A DNA stretch of 64,000 bases from Heterodontus francisci (Eukaryota), in contig NC_090375.1 of NCBI RefSeq assembly GCF_036365525.1, positions 136,250,982 through 136,314,981 on the forward strand, given 5' to 3'. This document shows, piece after piece, positions 49,294-61,491 of this stretch. The notes below the pieces were generated by a model. It did not search any database. It was not told where the DNA came from and worked only from the letters and a program-made list of their open reading frames with translations. Each line of letters starts with the position of its first letter. The first letter of the stretch is position 1. The position numbers and the translations under genes are program-made.

Positions 49294-49751
49294 TGTATAT
49301 TTCTGGTGCATGCTCCCAGCGCCCCCTAGGTTGACAACCTACCAAATGTCATCTGGTGCAGCCAGCACCAGAAATGTGTACATGTGGAGTGGTTGCCATT
49401 TTAGATGCAAAGGGGCACTTATAGTGCCGAATATATGGGTGTTACGCAACTGAATTTTTTGGCCTCCAAGTATGATGTGACTAAGGGTGTATATAAATCC
49501 ATCATTACCTTGCTGCTTTTGTCTTCTAGTCCTCTAGAAATGAATCCATAACTTTATTTGCACTCTTTATGATCTTATTAACTGGTGTTGCTACTTTTAG
49601 TGATTTATGTATCTAAGATCTCTTTGCTCCTCTACCCGATTTAATTTGTTTACCTTCCGAAGAATAAGTGGCTTCTTGTTCCTCTCACCAAAATGAATGA
49701 CCTCACGCTTTGTTATCTTTAATTCATTTGCCATTTATCTGCCCACTCTAT

Positions 49752-50590
49752 GAGCTGGATTTTAACAGCCCGCCACCGATCTCGGTGGCGAGCTCAAAAA
49801 ATGGCGGCCTGTCCGTGCGGGCCGTACGCTAAAGAGCCACCGTGATCTCAAGTACGATGGCTCATTTAAATAGCCGGGGCGGCCAACAACCCCTGCCCCT
49901 CTGTCTCATGGAGGGGGTGGGCAGTCCGTCCCCCGCATTGGCAATAGCTGCCTGCACACAGACGCTGGCTCCATTTTTAAAGAACAGCCAGCCCTGCTGG
50001 CATATTTAAATTTTTAAAGAAATATTACCCCAAAATTAAATGAATAAATTTCTTATGCCCCTTTCCCACCCCCCAATAGCAATTACAATAACTAATTGCC
50101 TTTCCCCACAAAAGCACGCCTTTTAAATAGATCTTCTCCCCACTGACGGCACAAACTTTGAACTTCTACCCTTCCCAACATCCCCTACACCCATTATTTG
50201 ACCCTGCTCCCCCCCGCCCCCACTGAAAATCTTATCTCCTCCCCCCTCCCCACCAGTGTCATGCCGCTTTTCCTCAGACAGTGAATGGAAGGCGCAAGAG
50301 TGCTGGTCGCTGCCCAAAGATTGCAGCGGGCTCTCAAGATTGCAGATGAGTGTATTATAACTTATTCATTCATTTGATTAACATATGTTCAGTAGTTTCC
50401 CGTCACCCAGCGGCGGGGGTGGGGGGCGGTGGGAGCTGCCACAGAGCCTCGCAGCCACCAGGTGGATCGGACCAGGCCCTGCCAGCATCGAGATCCGTAG
50501 TAGGCATCATCCAGAGCCGTTTTCAGCCGCCACCCCCCCACCTCCCCGCGCCATGGATCATGATGTCGAGGGCTTGTTAAAATCCAGCCC
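49752..50590. mobile_element. Harbinger-like MITE (similar to 2926-3738)
   Basis: TIRs GAGCTGGATTTTAACA / TGTTAAAATCCAGCCC; flanks TAT and TAC. Confidence 0.88.
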
Positions 50591-50749
50591 TACCAGTCTA
50601 AGCCTTATTTTAGTTTGCATAGGCAGTTGTCTTTATAATGTAGATGTAAGAATTGATGATGGAAATGTTGACAAGAAATACATGCAGATGTATTTCTAAA
50701 ATATATTACAGATTGCTGCTTAATATTAGACCAAAACATATAACTGGTA

Positions 50750-50910
50750 TTATCAATTCATGGGGATCTGAATTGAAAAAGCACCTGAAGAGTAAAGGTT
50801 TGCAGGACTATGGGAAATGGGAGGGGAGTGGGACCAGCTGAGTTGCTCTTGAAGACAGCCGGCATGGACATGACGGATTGAATGGCCTCCTTCTGTGCTT
50901 GTAACCATTG
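50750..50910 (+). mobile_element. CR1 3' end fragment
   Basis: GGGGAGTGGGACCAGCTGAGTTGCTC...GAATGGCCTCCTTCTGTGCTTGTAACCATT, as at 4600-4685. Confidence 0.7.
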
Positions 50911-51089
50911 TGTGATAGGAGCTATTTCTGGCTGGAATGGCGATCACCTCGTACAAAAGGTAGGTACAGTATAACATTAATCAGGGTCAGATAGGTTCCT
51001 GGACATATTTCGATTGCCTAAGGTGCCAGAGAAGAAAGATTTTGTCCCCCCTAATTAGCTTGGATTTTTATCTGCTTTGTTTCATCTCT

Positions 51090-53580
51090 GGGAGGTGGTG
51101 ACGTAATGGTAATGTCCATCAGCTCATAATCTAGATGCCTAGACTCATGTTCTGGGGATTATAGGTTCAAATCCCACTATGGCAGATGGTGAAAGTTGAA
51201 TTCAATTAATAAATCTGGAATTAAAAGCTAGTCTAATGGTGACCATGAAAGCATTGTTGATTGTTGTTAAAACCCATCTGGTTCACTAATGTCCTTTAGG
51301 GAAGGAAATCTGTTGTCCTTACCTGGTCTGGCCTACATGTGACTCCAGACCCACAGCAATGTGGTTGACTCTTAAATGGCCTATCAAGCCACTCAGTTGT
51401 ATTAACCTACTACAAAATAGAAGAAAAGGAATGAAACTGGATGGACCACCTGGCATTGACCTTGGCACTGGAAATGACGATGGCAAAGCCAGCCCTGTTG
51501 ATCCTGCAAAGTCCTCCTTACTAACATCTGGGAGCTTGTGCCAAAATTGGGACAGCTGTCCCACAGACTAGTGAAATAACAGCCTGACGTAGTCATACTC
51601 ATGGAATCATAACTTACAGACAGTGTCCCAGACACCACCATCACCATCCCTGGGTATGTCCTGTCCCACTGGCAGGACAGACCCACAAGAGGTGGTGGCA
51701 CAGTGGTAATCAGTTGGGAAGGAGTTGCCCTGGGAGTCCTCAACATTAACTCCAAACCTCTTGAAGTCTCATGGCATCAGGCCAAACATGGGCAAGGAAA
51801 CACAGCAGATGGAATACAATGTAGTTAATTGTGAAGTTATCCAGTTTAGTAGGAAAAATAAAAAAGCAGAATATTTTTTAAAGATGACCAATGGTGAGAA
51901 ATGTTTGTATTCATAGGGTCCTGGGTTTCCTTGCACATGAATCATAGAAAGTCAACATACAGGTACAGCGGGCAATTAGGAAGGCAAATGATATGCTAGC
52001 TTTTGTTACAAAGGAATTGCAATATAAGAGTAAAGAAGTCTTCCTACAATTTGCCGGGCACTGCTGAGGCCACACCTGGAGTACTGTGTGCAAGTTTTGG
52101 TGTCCTTACCTAAGGAAGGACATACTTGCCCAGACGAAGTGGAATGAAGGTTCACTAGACTGATCCTTGGGATGAGGGAATCGTCCTATGAAGAGAGATT
52201 GTGTAAACTAGGCCAATATTCCCTGGAGTTTAGAAGAATGAGAGGTGATTTAATTGAAACATATAAAATTCTTTAGGGGCTTGACAGGGTAGATGCTGAG
52301 ATGATGTTTCCCCTGGCTGGGGAATCAAGTTCATAAGGTCACAGTCTCAGAATAAGGGACTGGCCTTAGGACTGTGATGGATGTGGAGAAATTTCTTTGC
52401 TCAAAGGATTGTGAATCTTTGGAATGTGTTACCCCAGAGAGCTGTGGATACTCAAGCATTGAGTATATTCAAGTCAGTGGTTGATAGATTCTTGGGTATT
52501 AAGGGAATGAAGAGATATGGGGAAAGTGCAGGAATGTGGAGTTGAGGTAGAAGATCAGCCATGATCTAGTTGAATGGCGGAGCAGGCTCAAAGGGCAAAA
52601 TGGTCTACTCACCTCCTATTTCTTATGTTTTTATGTTCTTACGGCTGTGTCTGATGTCTAACCATCTTCAGCTGCTTCATCAATGACCTTCCCTCCATTC
52701 TAAGGTCAGAAGTGGGGAGGTTTGCTGATGATTGTATAATATTCAGCCCATTCAGAATGCCACAGATAATGAAGCAATCTGTATCCGCATGCGGCAAGAC
52801 CTGGACAACATTCAGGTTTGGGCTGATAAGTAGTAATTAACATTCATGCTGCATAATTGCCAAACAATGATCATCTCCATCAAGAGAGAGTGTAACCACA
52901 TTCAATGTCCCGGGGGTCAGCATTGATGAGAAACTTAATTGGATGAGCCACATAAATATTGTGGCTACAAGAGCATGTCAGAGGCTGGGAATTCTACAGT
53001 GAGGAACTCATCTCCTGACTCCCCAAAACTTTTCCACCATCTACAAGGCACAAGTTCGGGGTGTGATGGAATACTCGCCACTTGCCTGGATGAATGTGCC
53101 TCCAACAACTCTAAAAAAGCTCAACACCATCCAGGACAAAGCAGCTCACTTGATTGGCACCCCATCCTCCACCTTCAACATTCACTTTCTCCATCATAGG
53201 GACACCATGGCTTCAGTTTGTACCATATACAAGATGCAGTGCCAGAAACTTGCCAAGCCTGCTTCGATAGCACCTTCTAAACCCGTGACCTCTACCACCT
53301 AGAAGTATGATGGCTGCAGGCGCATAGGAACACCACCACCTCCTAGTTTCCTCCTAGTCATGCAGCATCCTGACTTGGAAATTGGGATGTTCCTTCCTTG
53401 TTGCAAGGTCAAAATCCTGGAACTCACTCCCTAACAGCACTGTGGGAATACATACAACACAGTGACTACAGTGATTCAAGAAGGTGACTCATCACCACCT
53501 TCTCAAGGGTAATTAGGAATGAGTAATAAATACTGGACTTGACAGCGACACCCAAATCCCATGAATGACTAAAATAAAAG
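51090..53580 (+). mobile_element. CR1-group (Zenon-like) LINE with a tRNA-like 5' head, internally deleted and interrupted by a CR1
   Basis: A and B boxes at 51096-51174. EN N-terminus LLTNIWELVPKL...QPDVVILMES...IPGYVLSHWQDRPTRGGG at about 51515-51710. RT end FINDLPSILRSEVGRFADDC from 52660; 3' end ATCCCATGAATGACTAAAATAAAA. Confidence 0.8.
51803..52641 (+). mobile_element. CR1 LINE 3' fragment
   Basis: QMEYNVVNCEVIQF, RPHLEYCVQ, EFRRMRGDLIETYK; tail CCTATTTCTTATGTTTTTATGTTCTTA. Confidence 0.88.
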
Positions 53581-53673
53581 AGAAAAGGAGATGATTATTG
53601 TAGTGAAGGCTGGGCAGAGACTTTTCGTACAACAGTTTGACACATCAGATTATTAGAGAGGCAAAAATAAAAA

Positions 53674-53989
53674 GGGCGGCACAGTGGCGCAGTGGTTAGC
53701 ACCGCAGCCTCACAGCTCCAGCGACCCGGGTTCAATTCTGTGTGGAGTTTCCTCCGTGTGCTCCGGTTTCCTCCCACACGCCAAAGACTTGCAGGTTGAT
53801 AGGTAAATTGGCCATTATAAATTGCCCCTAGTAGAGGTAGGTGGTAGAGAAATATAGGGACAGGTGGGGATATGGTAGGAATATGGAATTAGTGTAGGAT
53901 TAGTATAAATGGGTGGTTGATGGTCGGCACAGACTCGGTGGGCTGAAGGGCCTGTTTCAGTGCTGTATCTCTAAACTAAACTAAACTAA
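53674..53989 (+). mobile_element. tRNA-derived V-SINE (HE1-like), V domain partly deleted
   Basis: GGGCGGCACAGTGGCGCAGTGGTTAGCACC head and (CTAAA)n tail. Confidence 0.92.
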
Positions 53990-54105
53990 AAATCAAGAAT
54001 GGACAATTGTATTGAATGGCTCATGCTTGGTACACTCTGAAGGAAGGTACATTTGTAGGTAGTGGGTGACAGATGGCAGGAGAAGGGATTAGATGTTCAG
54101 ATTAT

Positions 54106-54409
54106 GGGCGGCACAGTGGTGCAGTGGTTAGCACCGCAGCCTCACAGCTCCAGGGACCCGGGTTCAATTCTGGGTACTGCCTGTGTGGAGTTTGCAAGTT
54201 CTCCCTGTGTCTGCGTGGGTTTTCGCCGGGTGCTCCGGTTTCCTCCCACATCCAAAAAACTTGCAGGTGATAGGTAAATTGGCTGTTGTAAATTGCCCCT
54301 AGTGTAGGGAGGTGATATGGGATTACTGTAGGGTTAGTATAAATGGGTGGTTGTTGGTCGGCACAGACTCGGTGGGCTGAAGGGCCTGTTTCAGTGCTGT
54401 ATCTCTAAA
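54106..54409 (+). mobile_element. tRNA-derived V-SINE (HE1-like)
   Basis: Complete head, V domain and CR1-like 3' end. Confidence 0.92.
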
Positions 54410-54499
54410 TTAGTGTGCTACAGCACAGTGAGGGGAATGAATGATGGGGTGTGTCACATATGAAAAGACTAAGGACAGGATAGGGGAGCAGGGGCTTAC

Positions 54500-54722
54500 C
54501 TTGGCTTCTCTGGTTAGGTAATTGAGCTTCTTTTGACACTATAGAGGAGTCCTGGGGATCGAGGAGTTGGAACTCATGCCACAGCTGCCTTCCTTCACAA
54601 AGTGCATGCTTCATTTTAAGTGGATTTTCTTTCTCCAACTCCAAACGGCTCATCACTCCTGCTTAATATTTCCATAACAAGAATATCCAGGTCAGACTCC
54701 CTGAAATTTTCTGCTCTTTGAT
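54500..54722 (-). pseudogene. Decayed Myb/SANT-like domain exon (Harbinger ORF1 type) ending at a splice donor
   Basis: Minus strand reads QRAENFRESDLDILVMEILSRSDEPFG, then after a frameshift SSNSSIPRTPL*CQKKLNYLTREAK followed by GTAAG. Confidence 0.7.
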
Positions 54723-55904
54723 ATGATTGACATCATTCTTTGCCAGGTTGTCTGCTTCCTCCATCTCCCCTTTAAGTCACAGGTTGTATACCATGCTGTT
54801 GTTCAGGTCGCTGCCTCTCTCATCTCTGTTTTCTGCTTTGCCATGCCCATCCCCACCCAAATGCACCCATTCTAGCATAGCTGATGTGTTGTGGGCTACA
54901 TTTAGACAGTCTGCATGTCTTTCCATATTGTAATTATCTGATCCTGTTATTTAAGATGGGTTCAAGATCAGGGTGTCATGGTGGGCAAAGGTCCAGTCCC
55001 ATCTCACCTCCAACATCGTAATGCCTCTGTCACAATTCTGGGGCCACGATCTATAAAAATAATCGTCATCAGAAAATTTTATAGGGTATCTACAGCAGGT
55101 GACTGACAAACCACCTTCCACACCTATGTCAAGAAATTGTGTAAAAAGCTAAAACCAGCAGTTTGCAATGTTTCCTTGGAATTTCTGCTGATCTTCTGCT
55201 GAAGTTATGACAGGTAATGGGACAACTGCATGGAATTTCAGGGTCCAAATTTTGAAAATTAGATCCACATTGCTTGTCCTGAATCACAGACAACTGATGA
55301 GGCAGGAACAGTGACCATGTATGTATTATGACACTAGGTCTGATTGGACGTAGAAAATTGAAAAAGTACTTCACCGATTTGGAAGACTTTATCACCATAA
55401 AAAAGCTATTACAGAAAAAGTAGCTGGAAGATTTATATTCAGGGTAGCTTTTTGCTTAAAAATGAATTGTTTCTGACTATGGACTTGTTCTTCCAAAAAT
55501 ACTTAACCTGGAGGTGACAGAAAACTAATATTTATCATTTCCTTTACTCTGTAGATTGGTTCAAAGCTAGCTTATCTTGAGGTTATACCAAATTAATATT
55601 TGTTATAACCCTCGAGTCTGGACTTTTTCTTTAAAGACTGTGGCTCTGAAATACAATGGGACTATTTATGCCCCCATTACACCCTTGAGCCAGACTTGCT
55701 GCTTATCTGTACTGTTCAGCACTGACTCTGCCACAAATTTTGGAGTCAGCTCACTTAAGTTTAGTTCAGCACAACACCTGTGTAACAGGGAGGTCGTGCG
55801 CTGACGAGGCTTGGAAATTAGGAGTGCAGCCTTTAATAAGCTTAGAATGGCTGAAGATGGCAGTAACAGTAAGAATGTGTCTGACAGAGCTAGTTGAGCC
55901 ATTT

Positions 55905-57845
55905 TGTTATTCATTAATGGGATGTGGACATCATTGGCTAGGCCAGCATTTATTGCCCATCCCTAAATGCCCTTGAGAAGGTGGTGGTGTTCTGCTTTCT
56001 TGAACCGCTGCAGTCCATGTGGGGTAGGTACACCCACGGCAGCATGACTCTATGACTCCATGACACAGTGCTGTTAGGAAGGGAGTTCCAGTATTTTGAC
56101 CCAGCGACAACGAAGGAACGATAATATAGGTCCAAGTCAGGATGGTGTGAGGCTTGGAGGGGAACTTGCAGGTGGTGATGTTCCCATGCATCAGCTGCCC
56201 TTCTCTTTCTAGGTGGTAGAGGTCACGGGTTTGGAAGGTGCTGTCCAAGGAGCCTTGGTGCATTGCTGCAGTGCATCTTGTAGATAGTACATACTGCTGC
56301 CACTGTGCGTCAGTGGTCTAAGAAGTGAAGGTTTGTGGATGGGGTGCCAATCATGTCCTGCTTTGTCCTGGATGGTGTCGAGTTTCTTGATTGTTGTTGG
56401 AGCTGCACCCATCCAGGCAAGTGGAGACTATTCCATCACACTCCTGACCTGTGCCTTGTAGATGGTGGACAGGCTTTGGGGAACCAGGAGGTGAGTTACT
56501 CGCCTCAGGATTCCTAGCCTCTGACCTGCTGTTGCAGCATAGTATTTATATGGCTACCCCTGTTCAGTTTCTGGTCAATGTTAAGCACCAGCATGTTGAT
56601 AGTGGGGGATTCAGCAATCGTAATGCCATTGAATGTCAAGGGGAAATGGTTAGATTCTCTTGTTTGAGATAATCATTGCCTGGCACTTGTGTGGCATGAA
56701 TGTTACTTGGCACTTATCAGTCCAAGCCTGGATATTGTCCAGGTCTTGCTGCATTTCTACACAGACAGTTACAGTGTCTGAGGAGTTGCGAATGGTGCTG
56801 AACATTGTGCAATCATCAGCAAACATCCCCACTTCTGACCTTATGATTGAAGGAAGGTCATTGATGAAGCAGCTGAAGGTGTTTGGGCCCAGGACACTAC
56901 CCAGAGGAACTCCTGCATTGATGTCCTGGGACTGAGGTGATTGACCTCCAACAACCACAACCATCTTCCTTTGAGCTATGTATGACTCGAAACAGCGGAG
57001 AGTTTTCCCCCTGATTCCCATTCACTCCAGTTTTGATAGGGCTCCTTGATGCCATACTCAGTCAAATGCTGCCTTGATGTCAAGGGCAGTCATTCTCACC
57101 TCACCTGTTTTGTCCATGTTTGAACCAAGGCTGTAATGAGGTCGGGGGCTGAGTGGCCCTGGCGGAACACAATCTGAGCATCACTGAGCAGATTATTTCT
57201 AAGCAAATGCCGCTTGATAGCACTGTGGACCACACCTTCCATCATTTTACTGATGATCGAGAGTAGACTGATGGGGTGGCTGGGTTGGATTTGTCCTGCT
57301 TTCTGTGTACAGGACATACCTGGACAATTTCCCACATTGCCAGTTAGATGCCAGTGTTGTAGCTGTACTGGAACAGCTTGGCTAGGGTGCAGCAAGTTCT
57401 GGAGCACAGGTCTTCAGTACTATTGCTGGAATATTGTCAGGGCCCATAGCCTTTGCAGTATCCAGTACCTTCAGTCCTTTCTTGATATCACGTGGAGTGA
57501 ATCGAATTGGCTGAAGACTGGCATCTGTGATGCTGGAGACTTCAGGAGGAGGCTGAGATGGATCATTCACACGGCACTTCTGGCTGAAGATTGTTGCTAA
57601 TGCGTCAGCCTTGTCATTGTGCACTGATATGCTGGGCTCCCCCGTCGTTAAGGATGGGGATATTTGTGGAGCCACCTCCTCCAGTTAGTTGTTTAACTGT
57701 CCACCACCATTCACAACTGGATGTGGCAGGAATGCAGAGCTTAGATCTGATCCATTGGTTGTGGGATCGCTTAGCTCTGTCTATTGCACGATGCTTACGC
57801 TGTTTGGCATGCAAGTAGTCCTGGGTTGTAGCTTCACCTGGTTGA
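55905..57845 (-). mobile_element. CR1-group (Zenon-like) LINE, RT and 3' end
   Basis: EWWWTVKQLTG, KAMGPDNIPAIVLKTCAPELAAP, GVPLGSVLGPNTFSCFINDL and MFADDCTMF. Confidence 0.9.
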
Positions 57846-57877
57846 CATGTTTAACCGTGATGGCAAGTTATGTGCCA

Positions 57878-58079
57878 GCTGTGATTCAGTAAGTAGTACT
57901 CTTACCTTTTGAGATAGAAGGTTCTGGGTTCAAGTCCCCCTCCAGGGCTTAAGCACAAAATCAAAGCTGACATGCCAATGCAGATCCCATGGCACTATTT
58001 CGAAGAAGAGCAAGGGAGTTATCCCCGATGTCCTGGCCAATATTCATCCCTCAATCAACATCACAAAAACAGATTATCT
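57878..58079 (+). mobile_element. Deu-domain tRNA-SINE, 5' half (3' half at 63765-63917)
   Basis: B box GGGTTCAAGTCC, then GATCCCATGGCACTATTTCGAAGAAGAGCAAGGGAGTT...AAAACAGATTATCT. Confidence 0.8.
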
Positions 58080-59560
58080 ATGTGGATAGCACGTTTATAG
58101 ATGTGGTCACCCCATGGCTTAAGATTATGCAGGGAGAGAGGGAATGGGTGACAGCCCGGCAGTCAAAAAGAATCAGGTAGGTAGTGCAGGAGACCTTGAT
58201 TGCATCTCACTTTCCAACAGGTATACAGTTCTGAATATTGATGAGAGTGATGGTTCAATTGGGAAATGCAGCCAGAGCCAAGTCCAGGGCACCAAGGGTG
58301 GCTCAGCTTCAAGGAAGACTGGAAGAGCCGTAGTGATAGGTGATTCAATAGTCAGGGGAACAGGCAGGTGTTTGTGTGGCCACAGACGTGAATCCAGGAT
58401 GGTGTGTTGCCTCACTGGTGCCAGGGTCAAGGATGTCACTGAACAGCTGCAGAGCATCTTGAAGGGGGAGGGTGAACAGCCAGCAGTTGTGGTCCACCTC
58501 GGAACCAACGACATAGGTAGAAAGAGGGATATGGTCCTGCAGTCAGAATTTAGCGAGCTAGATAATAAACTAGCAAGCAGGAACTCAAAAGTAGTAATCT
58601 CTGGATTACTCCCAGTGCCACGTACAAGTGAGTCAGGTATAAAAGGATAAGACAGATGAATGCGTGGCTGGAAAGATGGTGCAGGAAGGAGGGCTTTAGA
58701 TTCTTGGGATATTTGGACTAACTTTAGGGGAGATGGGACCTGTACAGGCTGGACGGGTTGCACCTGAACAAAGCCGGGACTGTGTTCCTTGTGGGATGTT
58801 TTGTTAGTGCCTTTGGGGAGGGTTTAAATTAGTTTGGCAGGGGGATGGGGACCTGAAGGTAGACTGAGTTGGGACAAAATCAGAAATGAAAATGGAAGGC
58901 AGAAAATTAATAGATGAGTCTGGAAGACAGAGGAAACAAAGGTTAGAACATTTTATAAAAGAGTTTGGCAGTGCTCAAGAGTATCTATTTCAATGTAAGG
59001 AGTATGGCAAATGAAGCAAATGAGCTGAGGGCACAGATAGACACGTAGCAGTATGATATCATAGCTATTACAGAAACATGGCTTAAGAAGGGACAACATT
59101 TCTGCTTACAGGGTTTTCAGACACGACAGGAAGGGGGAGTGGCAATTTTGGTCAAGGAAACTATTACAGCTGTGAGAAGGGATGATCTGTTGGAAGGTTC
59201 ATCAAATGAGGTCATGTGGATTGAGCTATGGAACAAAAAAGGGGCAATCATACTGCTGGGAGTGTACTGTAGACCCCCAAACAGTAAGAGAGAGATAGAA
59301 GAGCAGATATGAAGGCAAATCTCTGAGAAGTGCACGAACAATAGGGCAGTAATCGGGGATTTTAACTACCCCAATATTAACTGGACAGTTTTAGTGTGAA
59401 AGGAATTGAGGGAGCAGAATTCTTGAGGTGCATTCAGCAGAACTTTTCTGGCCAGTATGTAGCAAGTCCAACAAGAGAGAGTGCAGTTTTAGACTTAGTT
59501 TTAGGAAATGAAGATGGGCAGGTGGAAAGAGTGGCAGTGGGAGAGCATTTTGGTGGTAAT

Positions 59561-61024
59561 GATCTCCCTGCTCAGCATAGTGGGGAAACCCTTCGCTCGA
59601 GTCATTTTAAACAGACTCCAGAAGCTGGCTGAGCATGTCTACCCTGAGGCACAGTGCGGCTTTCGAGCAGAGAGATCCGCCATTGATATGCTCCCTTTGC
59701 CAGCTACAGGAGAAATGCCGCGAACAATGGATGCCCCTCTACCTTGCCTTCATAGATCTCACCAAAGCCTTTGATCTCGTCAGCAGACGTGGTCTCTTCA
59801 GACTATTAGCAAAGATCGGATGTCCAGCAAAGCTACGAAGTATCATTACCTCATTCCATGACTATATCAAAGGCACAATTCAGCATAGCGGTGCCTCAAC
59901 AGACCCCTTTCCTATCCTGAGTGGCGTGAAACAGGGCTGTGTTCTCGCACCTACACTGTTTGGGATCTTCTTCTCACTGCTGCTCTCACATGCGTTCAAG
60001 TCCTCTGAAGAAGGAATTTTCCTCCACACAAGATCAGGGGGCAGGTTGTTCAACCTTGCCTGTCTAAGAGCGAAGACCAAAGTACGGAAAGTCCTCATCA
60101 GGGAACTCCTCTTTGCTGACGATGCTGCATTAACATCCCACACTGAAGAGTGTCTGCAGAGACTCATCGACAGGATTGTGGCTGCCTGCAACAAATTTGG
60201 CCTAACCATCTGCCTCAAGAAAATGAACATCATGGGACAGGACGTCAGAAATGCTCCATCCATCAATATCGGCGATCACGCTCTGGAAGTGGTTCAAGAG
60301 TTCACCTACCTAGGCTCAACTAACACCAGTAACCTGCCTCTCGATGCACAAATCAACAAGCGCATGGGAAAGACGTCCGCTGCTATGTCCAGACTGGTCA
60401 AGAGGTTGTGGGAAAATGGCGCACTGACACGGAACACAAATGTTGAGTGTTTCAAGCCTGTGTCCTCAGTACCTTGTTCTATGGCAGCAAGGCCTGGACA
60501 ACGTATGTCAGCCAAGAGCGACGTCTCAACTCATTCCATCATCGCTGCCTCCGGAGAATTTTTGGCATCAGGTGGCAGGACCATATATCCAACGCAGACG
60601 TCCTCGAGCCGGCCAACATCCCCAGCATATACACCCTACTGAGCCAGTGGTGCTTGAGATGGCTTGGTCATGTGAGCCGCATGGAAGATGGCAGGATCCC
60701 CAAGGACGCATTGTACAGCGAGCTTGTCACTGGTAACAGACCCACTGGCCGTCCATGTCTCCGCTTTAAAGACTTCTGCAAACGCAACATGAAGTCCTGT
60801 GACATTGATCACAAGTCGTGGGAGTCAGTTGCCAGTGATCGCCAGAGCTGGCGGACAGCCATAAAGGCGGGGCGAAAGAGTGGCAAGTCGAAGAGACTTA
60901 GCAGCTGACAGGAAAAAAGACAGAAGCGCAAGGGGAGAGCCAACTATGTAACAGCTGCTCCACACACCACTGACCACCTCCAGGCGCTTACCCATTGTCT
61001 CTCGAGACAAGGAGGCCAAAGAAG
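59561..61024 (+). mobile_element. RTE-clade (BovB-like) LINE, 5'-truncated
   Basis: ISLLSIVGK, PEAQCGFR, LQEKCREQ, FIDLTKAFDLV, GVKQGCVLAPTLF, LLFADDAAL, LRWLGHVSRMEDGRIPK and GRPCLRFKD. Confidence 0.93.
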
Positions 61025-61248
61025 GATTTCAATCGTGGCTGATTGGTTAGACTGTGTGGAGAACTTTCCTGTCTCCATCTCTGAAGTAGTAGGAAGGATA
61101 GATGGATATTGTTTGGTATGGTTCTGCTACAATTGAGGCACTGTCATTTATGTCTGCAGTAGCTACTGCAGAAGCTTGAAATCTGGAATCTGCTGGTGAA
61201 GAGTTACTGAAGTACAACAGGAAAGAAATCAGGAGTTTCTAAGATGCA

Positions 61249-61491
61249 GGGTTGGATTTTCTTCTCCCGCTTCCAGGAGTGGCGGCAGGCGAAAAAATTG
61301 TGGCCTGCATGTGCAGGCCGCACGCCACCATGCCACCATGATCTTCCTCGCGGCGGCTGAGGATAATGAGCCGGTCGGTCCACCCCCCACCAATTATGTG
61401 GCGGGGGCGAGCTCTCCGACAATGACAATGGCGTCAGCTGCCTGTGCAGTTGTTAAAGGGCAGCTAGCCCTGCCGGGTCATTTAAATTTTT
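61249..61491. mobile_element. Truncated Harbinger-like MITE (left end only)
   Basis: Starts GGGTTGGATTTT; interior resembles the reverse complement of 49080-49290. Confidence 0.7.

Noticed and set aside
55295-55320. CTGATGAG hammerhead-like core
   Set aside because: No stem II or downstream GAAA at the required spacing.
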